A DNA stretch of 64,000 nucleotides, from positions 4,092,001 through 4,156,000 of the forward strand of contig OX597835.1 of the NCBI GenBank assembly GCA_951406725.2, read 5' to 3'. Below, in pieces: positions 25,014 through 38,173 of the stretch. Position numbers and translations under genes: made by a program. The notes beneath the pieces are model-generated. The model did no database searches and was not told the DNA's origin. It worked only from the letters and a program-made list of their open reading frames with translations. Position 1 is the first letter of the stretch. Each line of letters opens with the position of its first letter. The stretch comes from Octopus vulgaris. Lineage: Eukaryota.

Positions 25014-25168
25014 TGTAGTAAAAAGTTTTTTTCTCAACTAAATGGTTACGGGTTCACTCCACTACATGGCGCCTTCGGCAAGTTCTTATACTCTAGCGTC
25101 GGGCCGATCAAAGTTTTGTGAGTGGATTCGATAGATGGAAGCTGAAAGAGGCCCGTCGTATATATATA

Positions 25169-25747
25169 TATAAGACATCACAACTAAAGTCAAAGCCGCC
25201 GCAGGCAGACATGTCGGAAGGTTATGTGTCTACGAAACTATTTTGATAAAACAACACACAAACCATTAAAAACCTGTGCCGGTTACTCGATACAGAAGGT
25301 TCTCGCAGGCAGAACTTGCTGTTAACCACGGTGAAGTATTCACAAACAGCGAGTAGTTAAAACTGAACGAATATTGCTGTGTACGTAGAGATGTTGTTGG
25401 CGTCGTTAAGATGAAGACGACGGAGATGGAGGTCCTGAATACAGCTGGACGAAGTTGTTGATGTTTCTCCATGTTGTTGCTGGTGTTGGTGTTGTCGCTG
25501 GAACTGGCTGGGTGCTCTGTGGTCAGTGGTCAGTGGTCTAGAACCTAAGACGAAATACGGTTTGTTGATCTAGCTTTTTATAGGAACTAGGAGGAGCCGA
25601 CGGAGAATTTAGAAGACTGTGTCAGGGAACCTTATCAGAAGGCTGCGATTGGTTGGGTTGCACTTTGGCGCGTAATAGGGTAAGAGACAAATTGCGCCAA
25701 TACCAACCAATCAGAACCTATATACATAGTAGCCACAACCGCTTACA
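25169..25747 (-). mobile_element. Putative solo LTR
   Basis: Termini t(a)taag...cttaca (TG..CA-like inverted ends); on the minus strand a CCAAT box precedes TATAAAA; ~580 bp. Confidence 0.4.
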
Positions 25748-26711
25748 CGACACGTGTTCAACCGGCTCTGCAATTGTAGCCACAACTTCTTGTTACAGAA
25801 CTTCAACTATTGTGTACCTGACTACGAACTGATATTGATCTTCATTGTGGTTGAACTTCTAGCTTCCTGTTATAGACTCCTTCTATGCTCTGTATTTTAT
25901 CTCACGCGCATATACTCTTGTTTGTACACACATACACATTATGTATGCATGACGGCCTGTATATTGTTATTTATTATTATCATATATGTACTTATAACGC
26001 ACACACAGACACGCACTCTGCTAACATCTAAATATAACCTTTCTCTGTAACATTCTACGGTTGTGTTTTTTGCTTTAATTGTAAGCGACCGTGCGGTGCA
26101 TTAAAGGCGCCATTCATTCGTCACCTCTACTTTCGCACGGTCGTTCTACATACCTCAAAATAAAAAAAGAGGTGGCATTTCCAAGGTACTATTAGTGTTA
26201 TTTTTTTAAAACCGTAGAGCCCAGGCACAGCCACAAAGTCAGCCGTCATCCTGTTCAATCAATACTTCGACAGTTTTACACGACATTCATTGAGATTAAA
26301 TAATTGTGTCTGTCCGCTCTGATTCGTATATTTAGTGAATCTTCTCCCAACTATGTCGCTACGGCTGTCATAAATAAAGCTCGCTGAATATACCAAAGCC
26401 GAAATTTCATAATCTTTAGAAAAGAAAAGCATGACGAGGCCAGGGACAAGACAAACTGTTGTGTCGTTTTATTAAACTATTTCCTGGGTGTGTGTTTAGG
26501 GATGAGTGTGTTTGTTCATGTTTGCGATTATGTTCCCAAAATAGAGATAGATAAAATAAGTAGAAGACTGCAATAAGTATTTGGCTCGATATAATCGACC
26601 TAAATCTTCCAATGGGGTACCTCAGCGTGGCCACCCCCACTAAATAAAATGAGTAAAACAATAAAGGCGCATACACACACACACTATCTCTCTCTCTCTC
26701 TCTCTCTCTCT

Positions 26712-26755
<44 letters not shown>

Positions 26756-26887
26756 AATATAAGAGAGTAACCACTATGTGGTCGACTCTAGCACTAAAAA
26801 TAGATCCGCTAGAATTGGGGTTAAATGGATGTACTATTAAATTAGTATCCAATTTTCTCACCCTTATTAGTTGATTATATATATATA

Positions 26888-27571
26888 TATAATTTCAACA
26901 ATTGAGGGTAAAATTAATTAATTAATCAATTTCACCAAGTATTCAGTATACAAAGGGACCATTTAAGGCGAATTCAAATTATTACATTATATAAAAGGGC
27001 TTAGTAAAATAAATTACTTTGCCGCATACTGAACTCATTAGAATACTTTGTATACTGAATACTTGGTGAAATTGATTAATTAATTAATTTTACCCTCAAT
27101 TGTTGAAATTATAATTCATCTCTCTCTATATAATGCCTCGGATTTTACCGAAAAAAGCATAGTGTTTGCTGATTTTAACCCACGCTGGTGGAAAGGGGAG
27201 AGCAGAAATTCTTCGCTTGCATATTTGAATTTGCTGGCACTGTTAGTTTTGAGCAGATCTTCAGAAGCGATAACAGGCCGAAAGGGTATGCTCCCACTTT
27301 CAGTGTTTTCAAATCCAAACCAGGGAGTTCTGAGCTGATGATAGAAGTGTCGATTTTGACTAATCTTGAAACGTACGTTCTCAAATAACCTTTGCATTTG
27401 ATTTTTTAATGTCTCTACCCCCATACTTTCGTGAGTTGAATTGAGCAAACACTATATGAGAGAGGTTTTTTTTAAGTATTGGAGATAGTTTTAAAAAAGT
27501 TTTTTTAGCTGCTATTTCTAATGAGTTCAGTATGCGGCAAAGTAATTTATTTTACTAAGCCCTTTTATATA

Positions 27572-27576
<5 letters not shown>
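26888..27576 (+). mobile_element. Hammerhead-bearing element with interleaved inverted repeats A-B-A'-core-B'
   Basis: A 26888-26955 is the reverse complement of 27046-27113; B 26983-27043 is the reverse complement of 27516-27576; (TA)n on both sides. Confidence 0.85.
27331..27383 (+). ncRNA. Type-I hammerhead motif (stem II closing pair mismatched)
   Basis: UGAG-CUGAUGA-U-AGA..GUC(GAUUUU)GAC..UCU-U-GAAA-CGUACG-UU-CUCA; perfect palindrome ACGUACGU in stem III. Confidence 0.72.
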
Positions 27577-27647
<71 letters not shown>

Positions 27648-28276
27648 CAGCAAATGGTGTTTAACGGCAGAGCTAATCTAATTGTTAACCTTTAATTTCT
27701 AATGGCGGCGAGTTGCAATAATCATTAGCGCGCCGGACAAAATGTTTATTGGCATTTCTTCCGGCTCTCCGAGGTTGACTTTGATTTCATCCTTTTGCTA
27801 TCGATAAAAATTACCATTAAAGCATTGTGGTCAATGTAATCAACTGACCCCTTCCCTCAAAAATTCAAGCCTAATGTCTAAAGTAAGAAAGATATTTGTA
27901 ATGTCGGTTGCTGTTTGTGTTACCTTTTCTTTTTTATTACTGAGTTTTGCAGTATTTTAGGCAGATGCATTCAAAAATTATTTTCAAGCAACGTGGATTG
28001 GTTCTGTACAAGGGCGGCGGGTGAAGGAGGGGTCATCGGCAGCCAAGATTCCCAAATCCGATTTTGGGAAGTATAGGAACGCATGTAAAGCGACTTACCC
28101 TTTTATCGATGACAACAATTAACAAACGTTTTGACACGACTCCTTCAATATGATGGTTGACTCGCAAAAATGAATAAATATCAGGCTGAAAAAAAAAGCA
28201 AGCAACGTTTTGAAACATGAAATTCGTCACAATACATTTCAACAATGCGGAAATTTTATTCATCAAATTAAGTACC

Positions 28277-28455
28277 TATTTCTTTACTACCCACAAGGGG
28301 CTAAACACAGAGGGGACAAACAAGGACAGACATAGTTATTAAGTCGACTATATCGACCCCAGTGCGTAACTGGTACTTATTTAATCGACCCCGAAAGGAT
28401 GAAAGGCAAAGTCGACCTCGGCGGTATTTGAACTCACAACGTAACGACAGACGAA
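28277..28455 (-). mobile_element. SINE family B, 5'-truncated
   Basis: Reverse complement of family B. Confidence 0.85.
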
Positions 28456-28457
28456 AA

Positions 28458-28545
28458 GTACCATTACAATCAACACATTTTTGCCAACCAGTTACAAGTT
28501 TGTTTATTCCGGTAACATAAAAATCTGGATCCGGTCGGTTAGTGA
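28458..28545 (-). pseudogene. mariner transposase C-terminal fragment
   Basis: PDFYVTGINKLVTGWQKCVDCNG matches the mariner FYxxGIxKLxxRWQKCVxxNG terminus. Confidence 0.75.
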
Positions 28546-28574
28546 CATAGCTTGGTGCAAAGTCGTCGCTGTCT

Positions 28575-29766
28575 GTGAAAATGTTGCGATTAAAAGGGCA
28601 ATATTCCTGTAGAAGAAAAGCCACTAAGAATGCTCGTCGGAATTGCAGTCAATGGCCATGCAGTTTTGACAATACACGGAATGTCATAAATGGTCATGGT
28701 CTGGCCACGATGGTTGATATGCCTGTCATCAATGGCAGTGTTTGTGTACTTCTTTAGTGGTCCATAGACCGTTTTGTCCAACGGCTGTAACCTGCGTGTG
28801 CAGTGAAGTGGGAAAGAAAGCATGGTGATGCCATTGTATGATGCATAAGTCAGCCTCTCAATACTAAGGTGGGAATCGTGATTGTCCAGCACGGTGACTG
28901 CTTTGAACATTTCACATTCCTCTCAAAGTGTTGAAGGAATTTCACAAACTGTTCCTCACACATCCAACCTGATGGATTAGCATCTCCATCGCTGCCTGAT
29001 GGTCCATTGTTCAGGAAATGTGGCCTAAAGTTCTTCCGGGGAAAAACAAAAACGGTGGTATGCTGTTTCCAGCGGCATTTACACAGCATGCCAATGTGAC
29101 CAGAGTTCCCCTCTCCGCACTTGCTTTGTTCCTTTTCTGACAATAATTCTATCGGGGCGATGCACAGTTGTTATGCCAGTTTCATCCATGTTGTAGATAG
29201 TGAATGGATCAAATTTATACCGAAGCATCATCTCAGCAAGTTGGTTGAAAAACATAGCAACATTTGTCTTGTTGAAACTTGTTGCTCGTGCCAAGCTTGT
29301 TGCCTGTGGAATTCTTGTGGATAAATTCTTGTGTCGTTGAAGAGATCCAGAGAACCAGTCTTCACCTGCCATTTCTGTCTCATGCCAGGTTGGAGGAATA
29401 TTACATCCATGTGCCTTTGCCATCTGAAAAGCCAATTTCCGCACATCCTTTGGAGCAAGCCCATAGTTAATTTTTGCGGCAGCCAAAACATAAGCCTCTA
29501 ACTGATTCTCGAACTCGTTGGTGAGAACTTGCCGTGGCTTTTTGTATCCACTAAGACTTTGATCGTTGTTGTTTGCTTCAGCGGCCTTGGTGCAGTAGCG
29601 AGACAGAGATTTTCTCTAGAGAAAATGCGAAACTACTTGGAGATCAAATGTTCTCGAAGCTTCCCGCAAGGAGATGACACGAGCTCGGACCTGTTCATTA
29701 GCCTGTTGGATTACATCCTGTGGAAGGGTTGCCCTCTCGCTTTTGCGTTTGTAGTGTCAAACCATG
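28575..29766 (-). pseudogene. pogo-like transposase (HTH-psq / CENP-B HTH / DDE_1), frameshifted
   Basis: MV*HYKRKSERA start; YGLAPKDVRKLAFQ; AGEDWFSG; IYNMDETGITT; SGWMCEEQFVKFLQHF; LDNHDSHLS; FPLHCTRRLQPLDKTVYGPLK. Confidence 0.9.
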
Positions 29767-30579
29767 GCAATTGTAGATCTGTAAAGAGAGAGAGAGAGGG
29801 AGAAAAAAAAGCAATTTAGCTCATTGCATAATCCAACAGTGAAAGCAAAACGAAGCACTGAGTGTTTCCCTACTTTTTAGTTTCAAGCATGCCTGGTCAC
29901 GGCATAACTTCATGCTTATATATCAGTGGTACAGGTTACAAAGCTGAGGCAGTATACAGGCTGTTGACTAAGTAGGTAGCGGAATGAAGACAGAATAGGT
30001 TGGTATAGATAAAGAGAGCTGATCGAAAACTATAGCAAGCAATACATAAGTTACTCAATGAATTGATCCAATGTACCAGACATGAATCAAATAGCAAACA
30101 CTCTTAGTTTAAATGGGAATAGATACAGTCTGTGAATCAATGTAAATAACCTACAACAACTTTATCACAGGCCGGGGCAAGTTGACACACTGTGTCAACT
30201 TGCCCCTGTTTACATGTGTCAACTTGCCCCGACCCCATTTCCCTCGTAAATGTAAACACTGAGTGAAAACCACTAGGGTTTCGCAAGGATCCATTTGTAT
30301 AGGGTCGTGAAAGATATTTTTTCTAACTCCTTAAGGTTTAATATACATAATGCAGTCTTAATTAAACAATATCCAAAATAACTAATTATCAAAAATGTCG
30401 AAAATAACTTACCAAGTGGAAAATTCCAATGTTGTCCGCGTGGAGCAGACAAACTCACACAACGGCGACGAAATCAAATGAGGGGGAAGCTTATACTAAC
30501 AGCACTGCTATGATGTCATTAAATCGTCCGAAAATGTCTCAACTTGCCCCTGTAGTGAACTTGCCCTGACCTTCCCTAC
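28575..30579 (-). mobile_element. pogo-like DNA transposon, 3' end truncated
   Basis: TIR-like acttgccctgaccttccctac at ~30559-30579; subterminal aacttgcccc repeats at 30174-30230 and 30541-30550. Confidence 0.7.
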
Positions 30580-30589
30580 ATATACGTGT

Positions 30590-30895
30590 GAAGGCGCGTG
30601 GCTTAGTGGTTAATGTATTCAGCTCTTGATCGCAGGGTCGTGAGTTCAATTGCCGGCGACGCGTTGAGTCCTTGAGCAAGACACTTTACCTTCGTGTTGC
30701 TCCATCCAGTCCACTCAGCTGACAAAAATAAGTAAAACCTGTATTTCGAGGAGCCAGCCTTGTCATCTCTGAGAACTGCGCTAAGGGTACATGTGTCTGT
30801 GGAGTACTCAGCCACTTGCATGTTAACTTCACGAGCAGGCTGCTCCGTTGATCGGATTAACTAGAACCTTCGTCGTCGTAACCGACGGAGTGCCA
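30590..30895 (+). mobile_element. SINE family C, full length
   Basis: A box tggcttagtgg, B box agttcaattgcc; matches 8748-9030. Confidence 0.88.
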
Positions 30896-32144
30896 CTTAC
30901 ACATACATGTGAAAGAATGATTTGAACATGAAATGTTCGTCTGTGTTAGGAAATAAAGCGATTTTCTCTCACACACTTATTTTTCGACAGGAAACAGTTT
31001 TCACGCATAAAACCCGGGCGATTCAGTGAATGAAGTGATCCATTGTTTAAGGCCGACGCATGCGCAGGGAGTTTCTAATCACGACTTGAAAACAGAATTA
31101 TAATATTCATACGAGTAGGTCAATCCGTAAAAACTGCTTTGACCTACTTTGCTGGCTTGTTGTCTGGAAGTCTACAAGCTAAAGTTATTGTCCTTTGTTC
31201 TGTCAGATTCACGAAAGAGTGATGGCTTTTGGAAAGACCCCTACCCTTTTCCCGGTCAGGGAGGGGTCAAGGAACTTTCCCCGATCGATCGAGCCGGTCA
31301 ATCGTCGTCGCTCGACTTGGTAGGGTCCCGGGTTTTTCCCGAAGAGTTTGAGAGCGACGGCAGGTTCGTAACAATATTTATACGACGGCATTAGGGGAGT
31401 GACAAAGAGAAGCCCGGTTAAATAGCCTCAGAAGTGAGGATAAATGCTCTTTTTCTCTTACTCTATTACTTGTTTCAGTCATTTGACTACGGCCATCCTG
31501 GAGCACCGCCTTTTAGTCGAACAAATGGACCCCAGGATTTATTCTTTGTAAGCCGGACGGGGTTGTGTGTTGTGTTCTTGAGCAAGACACTCTATTTCCC
31601 GTTGCTCCAGTTCATGCATCTCTAGAAATGAGTTGTGACGTCACTGGTGCCAAGCTTTATCGGCCCCTTTTGCCTTTCCCTTGGATAACATCATGACTGA
31701 AGGGAGTCTTTGTTGTTCTCGTATCTTATCTTGGGAAGACCTGTTACAAATCGATCACTTTTCGATTTACAACTTATTGATTTATTTCCCTTGACTGATT
31801 ATTTCTGTGTCACGTGTTGTACACGTGGTCTATGCTGGGATAAGAAATTTATTTTCCATAGTTTTTTTTTTTTTTACCCTGTTTGGAAAAACCAAAAAGA
31901 AAATTTCTGAGCTTAATTTTTTTACACCCCTTCACATTTCCTCAATATTACTGCGGGGCATAGAAGCGCCCCCACCCGCCACAACCAGAGTAAAACAACT
32001 CTACAAAAAAACAAAAAAACAAAAAAAAAACACTAAAGCAAAAACAAAGCAAAAATATACCAGAGAAGAAAATGAATCGGGTTATTTTCCCCGCAAAACA
32101 TTTTTGAAGAAACCAACGGACATTGATGGACAGCGGCTTTCACT

Positions 32145-32188
<44 letters not shown>

Positions 32189-32667
32189 TACATATATAGG
32201 CATGTTAAAAAACAACAGCAACAACTACAACTACACCGTGCCAACGAAAAAGCATTCACGTGATTACTGCTTTTATCCAGAAATCATTGACTTATAATCA
32301 AAAGCAATCCAGCAGTGACCATCCAGTTAGATTGTATTTTTAGTGATATTAAGAGTGACATGCCTTCCTGTATTTGAGGCTGTTTGTGTGTAATTTGAAG
32401 TAGTTATGGCGACTTATTTGTGGCCACCACGCAAGACTGTGCATGATGTGGAACGGTGAACGGGGTCAAGGCCGGCTTATTTGGGAAGTGTTGATAGATT
32501 GAAGAAGTGGAATATATTTTCCCGTTAATCGACGATCGGCGAGGGAAATAGGTCACATGGTATGGCTGTGTGTTTTCTCACAGTTGCTTTCACACACACA
32601 CACACACACACACTCTCTCTCTCTATATATATATCACACACACACACACACATACATGTAACAATGA

Positions 32668-32847
<180 letters not shown>

Positions 32848-32917
32848 TAACTATATACACATACATACATACATACATACATACATACATACATGCATAC
32901 ATACATACATATATTTA

Positions 32918-33305
32918 GGCACAGGCGTAGCTGTGTGGTTAGAAGCTTGCTTCTCAACCACATTGTTCCGGGTTCAGTCCCGTTGCGTGGCACCTTGGGC
33001 GTGTCACTCTTCTACTATAGCCACGGGCCGACTGAAGCCTTGTGAGTGGATTTTGTTGGCGGAAACTGAAAGAAGCCTGTCGTATATACATATGTGTATA
33101 TATCTGTGTGTGTCTTTATGTCTGTGTTTGTACCCCCATCACCGCTTGACAACCGGTGCTGGTGTGTTTACATCCCCGTAACCTAGCTTTCGGCAAAGGA
33201 ACCGATAAAATAACTACTAGGTTTTAAAAAAGTACTGGGGTCGAATTGTGCGATTAAAGGCGGTGCTCCAGCATGGCCGCAATCAAATGACTGAAACAAA
33301 TAAAA
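32918..33305 (+). mobile_element. SINE family A, diverged
   Basis: Full head-to-tail similarity with 2309-2723. Confidence 0.85.
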
Positions 33306-33350
33306 AAAAAAAGATTAAAAAATATAAGAATATATACATGTATGTGTGTT

Positions 33351-33400
<50 letters not shown>

Positions 33401-33528
33401 TGAGTGTGTGTGTGTGTGTGTATGTGTGAGTGTGTGTAGAAGGTAGAAAAGTAACACACGAGTTGACATGTATAATGAAAATAAGGCAAGGTAGAAAATG
33501 CTAAAATAATTTTATCATGAAGTACATT

Positions 33529-33567
33529 TTAGTACCGGTTTCCGCCTTTTTATACTTTTTCAACTAA
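33529..33567 (-). ncRNA. Degenerate hammerhead motif
   Basis: UUAG-UUGAAAA...GAAA-CCGG-UA-CUAA. Stem I and the palindromic stem III are intact; the 5' core and stem II are decayed. Confidence 0.4.
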
Positions 33568-33717
33568 GAGTAAAATAAGAGAAATAATTAAATTGGAGAA
33601 AAAAATTAAGTGAAATGTTTTGTAGATATTTCCGTAGTCTTCAGATTGTCTATCTCTCCCGCTATTCTTTTGTGAATGCTTCGTAGGTTGGTAGTAATAA
33701 TAACTCGTAGGTGGGTA

Positions 33718-33755
<38 letters not shown>

Positions 33756-33811
33756 TTAGGGAAGGGAAGAAATGGAGCCGAACGAAGATTCTACAAAATT
33801 CCTTTTTATTA

Positions 33812-33895
33812 TTTTCTACACATGTTTCAAAGGCTGCAAATTCCCAAATTCGGATTGAATAAGGAGACCATTCTGCAGCTTTCTCTTCAGGAAAA
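33812..33895 (-). ncRNA. Type-I hammerhead ribozyme motif, expanded loop II
   Basis: UUUUC-CUGAAGA-GAAAGCUGCA...UGCAGCCUUU-GAAA-CAUGUG-UA-GAAAA: 5-bp stem I, 9 of 10 stem II pairs, self-complementary ACAUGUGU. Confidence 0.85.
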
Positions 33896-34281
33896 TCCAG
33901 CAATTTAAAATCTCAAAACAAATGCGCAGCAAGCTTTTCGAACAAAACGTAACCTCAACCGTGTCTTTTCTGGTGTGATTTTTGCTACACAGGTATCGGT
34001 TAAATTTTGAATAATCCGTAACAAGATAATTCATTTATCCATTTCATTAAATATATATATATATATATATGCAGAGAGAGAGAGAGAGAAAGAGGTGGGG
34101 AGAGAGAGAGGGAGAGAGAGTGAGAGAGAGAGAGAGAGGGAGACAAAGTAAGGGAAAAAGAGAGAGACTTTGAAATGAGGATAAAAATGGTGTTTGGTTC
34201 GTTGAATTACTTCCTATCCAATTCTGTATTTAACTACAAGCAGCTTCGCAAATAGAACACACACACACACACACACACACA

Positions 34282-34386
<105 letters not shown>

Positions 34387-34638
34387 GATGCTGCTGACAT
34401 TATCTATAAAAACATCAGCGAATACATAACACAATCAAATATGTTTTGTTCGTCCTGCGCTTGTAATAAAAATGTCTGCAGTGATTCCAGTTTATGAATT
34501 TGGATCCACTTGTCTTATTTTACATTTGTCAATGTTGCAGGACCTTGATTCTGCTCAGGGCGTAAAAATATATATTTTATATATTATTGTATTTTGATAT
34601 GTACGCCTTGATATATTTCCAGTTTCTGTTCGTAAATG

Positions 34639-34677
<39 letters not shown>

Positions 34678-35005
34678 AATTATGTATGTATGTATGCATG
34701 CATGTATGTATGTATGTATGTATGTATGTATGTATGTATGTATGTATGTATGTATGTATGTATGTGTGTGTATTATGTATGTATGTATGTATGTATGTAT
34801 GTATGCATGCATGCATGTATGTATGTATGTATGTATGTATGTATGTATGTACGTATGTATGTATGTATGTATGTATGTATGTATGTATGTATGTATGTAT
34901 GTATGTATGTGTGTGTGAGTGTGTGTTTCTCTCTTTGTTTTTTCTCTTCTTTTTTCCTCTCCTTTTTTTCTCTCCTTTTTTTCTCTCTTGTTTTTTCTGT
35001 GTACC

Positions 35006-35039
35006 TTTCTGTAGAAGAGCGTAGGCTCGAAACGTAAAA
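35006..35039 (+). ncRNA. Minimal hammerhead-like motif, variant core CUGUAGA
   Basis: UUU-CUGUAGA-A-GAGC(GUAG)GCUC-GAAA-CG-UA-AAA inside a ~150-bp element ending in (TA)n; related copy at 58081. Confidence 0.55.
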
Positions 35040-35400
35040 TACTTTTTCTATTCCTGAGCGTTATACTAATACATCTGTTTGTTTTGTAACCACCTGTCTT
35101 CGTTTTTTGTTTTTTTTTTCGTAAACTTTCCCTATATATATGTATATATGTATATATAAAGATGAGTGGTACAAATTTTTTTCTGGAAATAGCAGTCGAT
35201 ACAAATACAACGTTATTGCAAAGCTTCTCAATTTGTTTATGATCATAATTGCTTCTATATCCGCTCAACTTGATCCCTCTTATAGGCTTTCTTTACTTTG
35301 TGGAATCGATTCCCTGCAAAGACATCGAAGGCTAGGTTTGAATCTTTTGAGCACTACCAGGTGTCTTCTATACGGAGAATCTCTGGATCTCATCTATGAA

Positions 35401-35487
<87 letters not shown>

Positions 35488-35721
35488 TGTATACATACAT
35501 ATGTGTGTGTGTATTAATAATAATAATATGACAACAAAAGAATGAATGAGAGCTCGATATTATATAAATAGAAGAATGTATCTATAAATATATGTGACAT
35601 ATGTATATACATATAAATATGTATATGTATATATATATATATGAATATACATATGTGCGTATATATATATATATACATATATACATATACATATATATAT
35701 ATATATATACATACATATGTG

Positions 35722-35769
<48 letters not shown>

Positions 35770-35776
35770 TACATAC

Positions 35777-35817
<41 letters not shown>

Positions 35818-36450
35818 CACACACGCAGACATACGACTGTGCATGTGTGTGTATGTATGTGTATTTGTGCGTGTGTGTGCATATCAAACGAACAATATTG
35901 AGAGAAATTCCGGATAATATGTTCATTAAATTTAACCTCGTAGAAATTCGAATTTGAAAAACTTTCAGGAACCCGACCAAATATTAATATCACACGATTT
36001 GTTTCTTCACAATTTTTAATGTGCACATTCCATTTTGTTGAGTAAAATATGCTTTAAATGTTCTTAAAATAAATAATATTCATTTTTTGTGATGTTATTG
36101 TTTGTCTTAATAATGGCCGCTGGATAATGCAAAGCTTCGACTTTGAACTTTTAAAGGATACAAAAAACATGTATTTTCTATTCATTAGAATTTTGAATGG
36201 TCAATAAACAGGCATCGCGTTTAACCATTTGGATCCTGTTAACTTGAAATTAAATGACACAACTTTGTACACCCTCCCACACACACACATTTACACATAT
36301 ATATATGCGTAGGTGTACGTGCGTGTGAGAGTGAATACCTGCTTTTAAGCATGGATGTATTGTATGTTAGTTAAAAAATATGAAAAGCGAGGATGACTGT
36401 TTTGTATATCTCTATCGGCAAATACGTCTATATGAACCATAAAGAAAGAA

Positions 36451-36680
36451 GGCGGCGAGCTGGCAGAAACGTTAGCACGTCGGGCGATACGCGTAGCCGT
36501 ATTTCGTCTGCCGTTACGTTCTGAGTTCAAATTCCGTCGAGGTCGACTTTGCCTTTCATCCTTTCGGGGTCGATTAAATAAAGTACCAGTTACGCACTGG
36601 GTCGATGTAATCGATTTAATCACTTCGTCTGTCCTTGTTTGTCCCCCTCTATGTTTAGCCCCTTGTAGGCAATAAAGAAA
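36451..36680 (+). mobile_element. SINE family B, full length
   Basis: ggcggcgagctggcagaa head, gagttcaaattcc B box, aataaagaaat tail. Confidence 0.9.
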
Positions 36681-36767
36681 TATATATAAACATAAAGACA
36701 CATATAAAATGCATGGCTATATAGATATACTTGTCTAGACACACACACACACATATACATACACACT

Positions 36768-36807
<40 letters not shown>

Positions 36808-36847
36808 CATACACATACATGTCTGTATAGATAAAGATGTACATATA

Positions 36848-38173
36848 TGTTAGGTTGGCAACTAAGTTACCGCGGTTTTTTTAAATTAAAATTTTTTAAA
36901 AGGTTTAATAAAAAAATAACAACTAATTAATCAATATAATATATTCACCCTTGTTGTTTACAACTTCTTCGCAACGTTCAACAAAATTTCCAATACCTCG
37001 TTCGTAGAAATCACCCGATTTCGACACGAAAAATTGATCCAACCAAGCTCTCAATTCTACATCAGTATTGAACGAAACTTCGCGCATAACATTTGAAAGA
37101 GATAGAAAGAGGTGGAAATCTGTTGGTGCCAAATCAAGAGGGTATGGCGGGAGTGGCAGCACTTCCCAGCTATGCGTTTGAATGGCTTCCTTGGTCATAT
37201 TGGCGAAGAGGGCGGACGTTGTCGTGCAGCAGAAGAACTCCATACTGACGATTAGGTCTTTTCTCTTGAATAGCCGTGTTGAGTCGTTCCATATGTTGAA
37301 CATAGAGAACCACGTTGACCGTTTGGTTCCGTTCAAGCAATTCATAATAAATAATCCCTTCGCAGTCCCACCATACGCACAACATCGTTTCATGCAAATG
37401 AAGATCTTGCTTGAAGCGCGGTGTCGCTTGTTTACCGGAGCTAAGACATTCCTTACGCTGGTTCATATTAATGTACAGGCACCATTTTTCGTCGCCAGTA
37501 ACGATTCAGTAAAGAAATCGTTGCTTGTGTCCATGAGTTGAGCGATGACGAGCAAGCAATCCAGCGGAGATTGTGGCTCGTTGAGTTTTGTTGTTGTTAT
37601 TTAAAGCATGCAGAACCCATGATCCATACTTCCGAACCTTTCCCATCGAGTGAGTGAAGATGTTTCTCTATAGCAGTGTGGGAGCATTCCATTTTCTCTG
37701 CCAGTTCCCTTGTCGATTGACGAGAATTTTCGTGCAAAAGTTGGTTTAATCGCTCTTCATCGAACTCAACTGGACGGGCAGAACGAGGTGCGTCTTTGAG
37801 GTCAAAAAATTTCCATTTTTGAACTTGGCATACCAATCATGAGTGGTTCTTTCAGCTATGGCACCCTCTCCATACACAGCTCAAATGTCGGGAGCAGCTT
37901 TTGCAGCCTTAGAACGCTAATTAAATGCAAAAAGAAGGACGTATCGAAAATGCTCGTTTTTCTTAACTTGTCGTTCCATTATAATGATCTGAAAATAAAC
38001 AAAAATTAACTAAAGTTAACTAGAAAAAAACAACAAAAAACAAACAAACAAACAAAATAGATTCCAAAATGATTCAAAAATAGAATTCTCGTAAACAATA
38101 GATTCCAAAATTTAAAAACGCAATAAATTTCAAAATTAAAAAAAACGACGGGAGATTAGCTGCCAACGCAATA
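36848..38173 (-). mobile_element. mariner element, full length (~1.3 kb), decayed
   Basis: TIRs tgttaggttggcaactaagttaccgcggttttt / aaaaacgacgggagattagctgccaacgcaata. Confidence 0.92.
36923..37979 (-). pseudogene. mariner transposase, frameshifted
   Basis: MERQVKKNEHFR start; DLKDAPRSARP..STRELAEKM; MLCVWWDCEGIIYYELL; LLLHDNVRP; PYPLDLAPTDFHLF; FYERGI..NKGEY. Confidence 0.93.
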
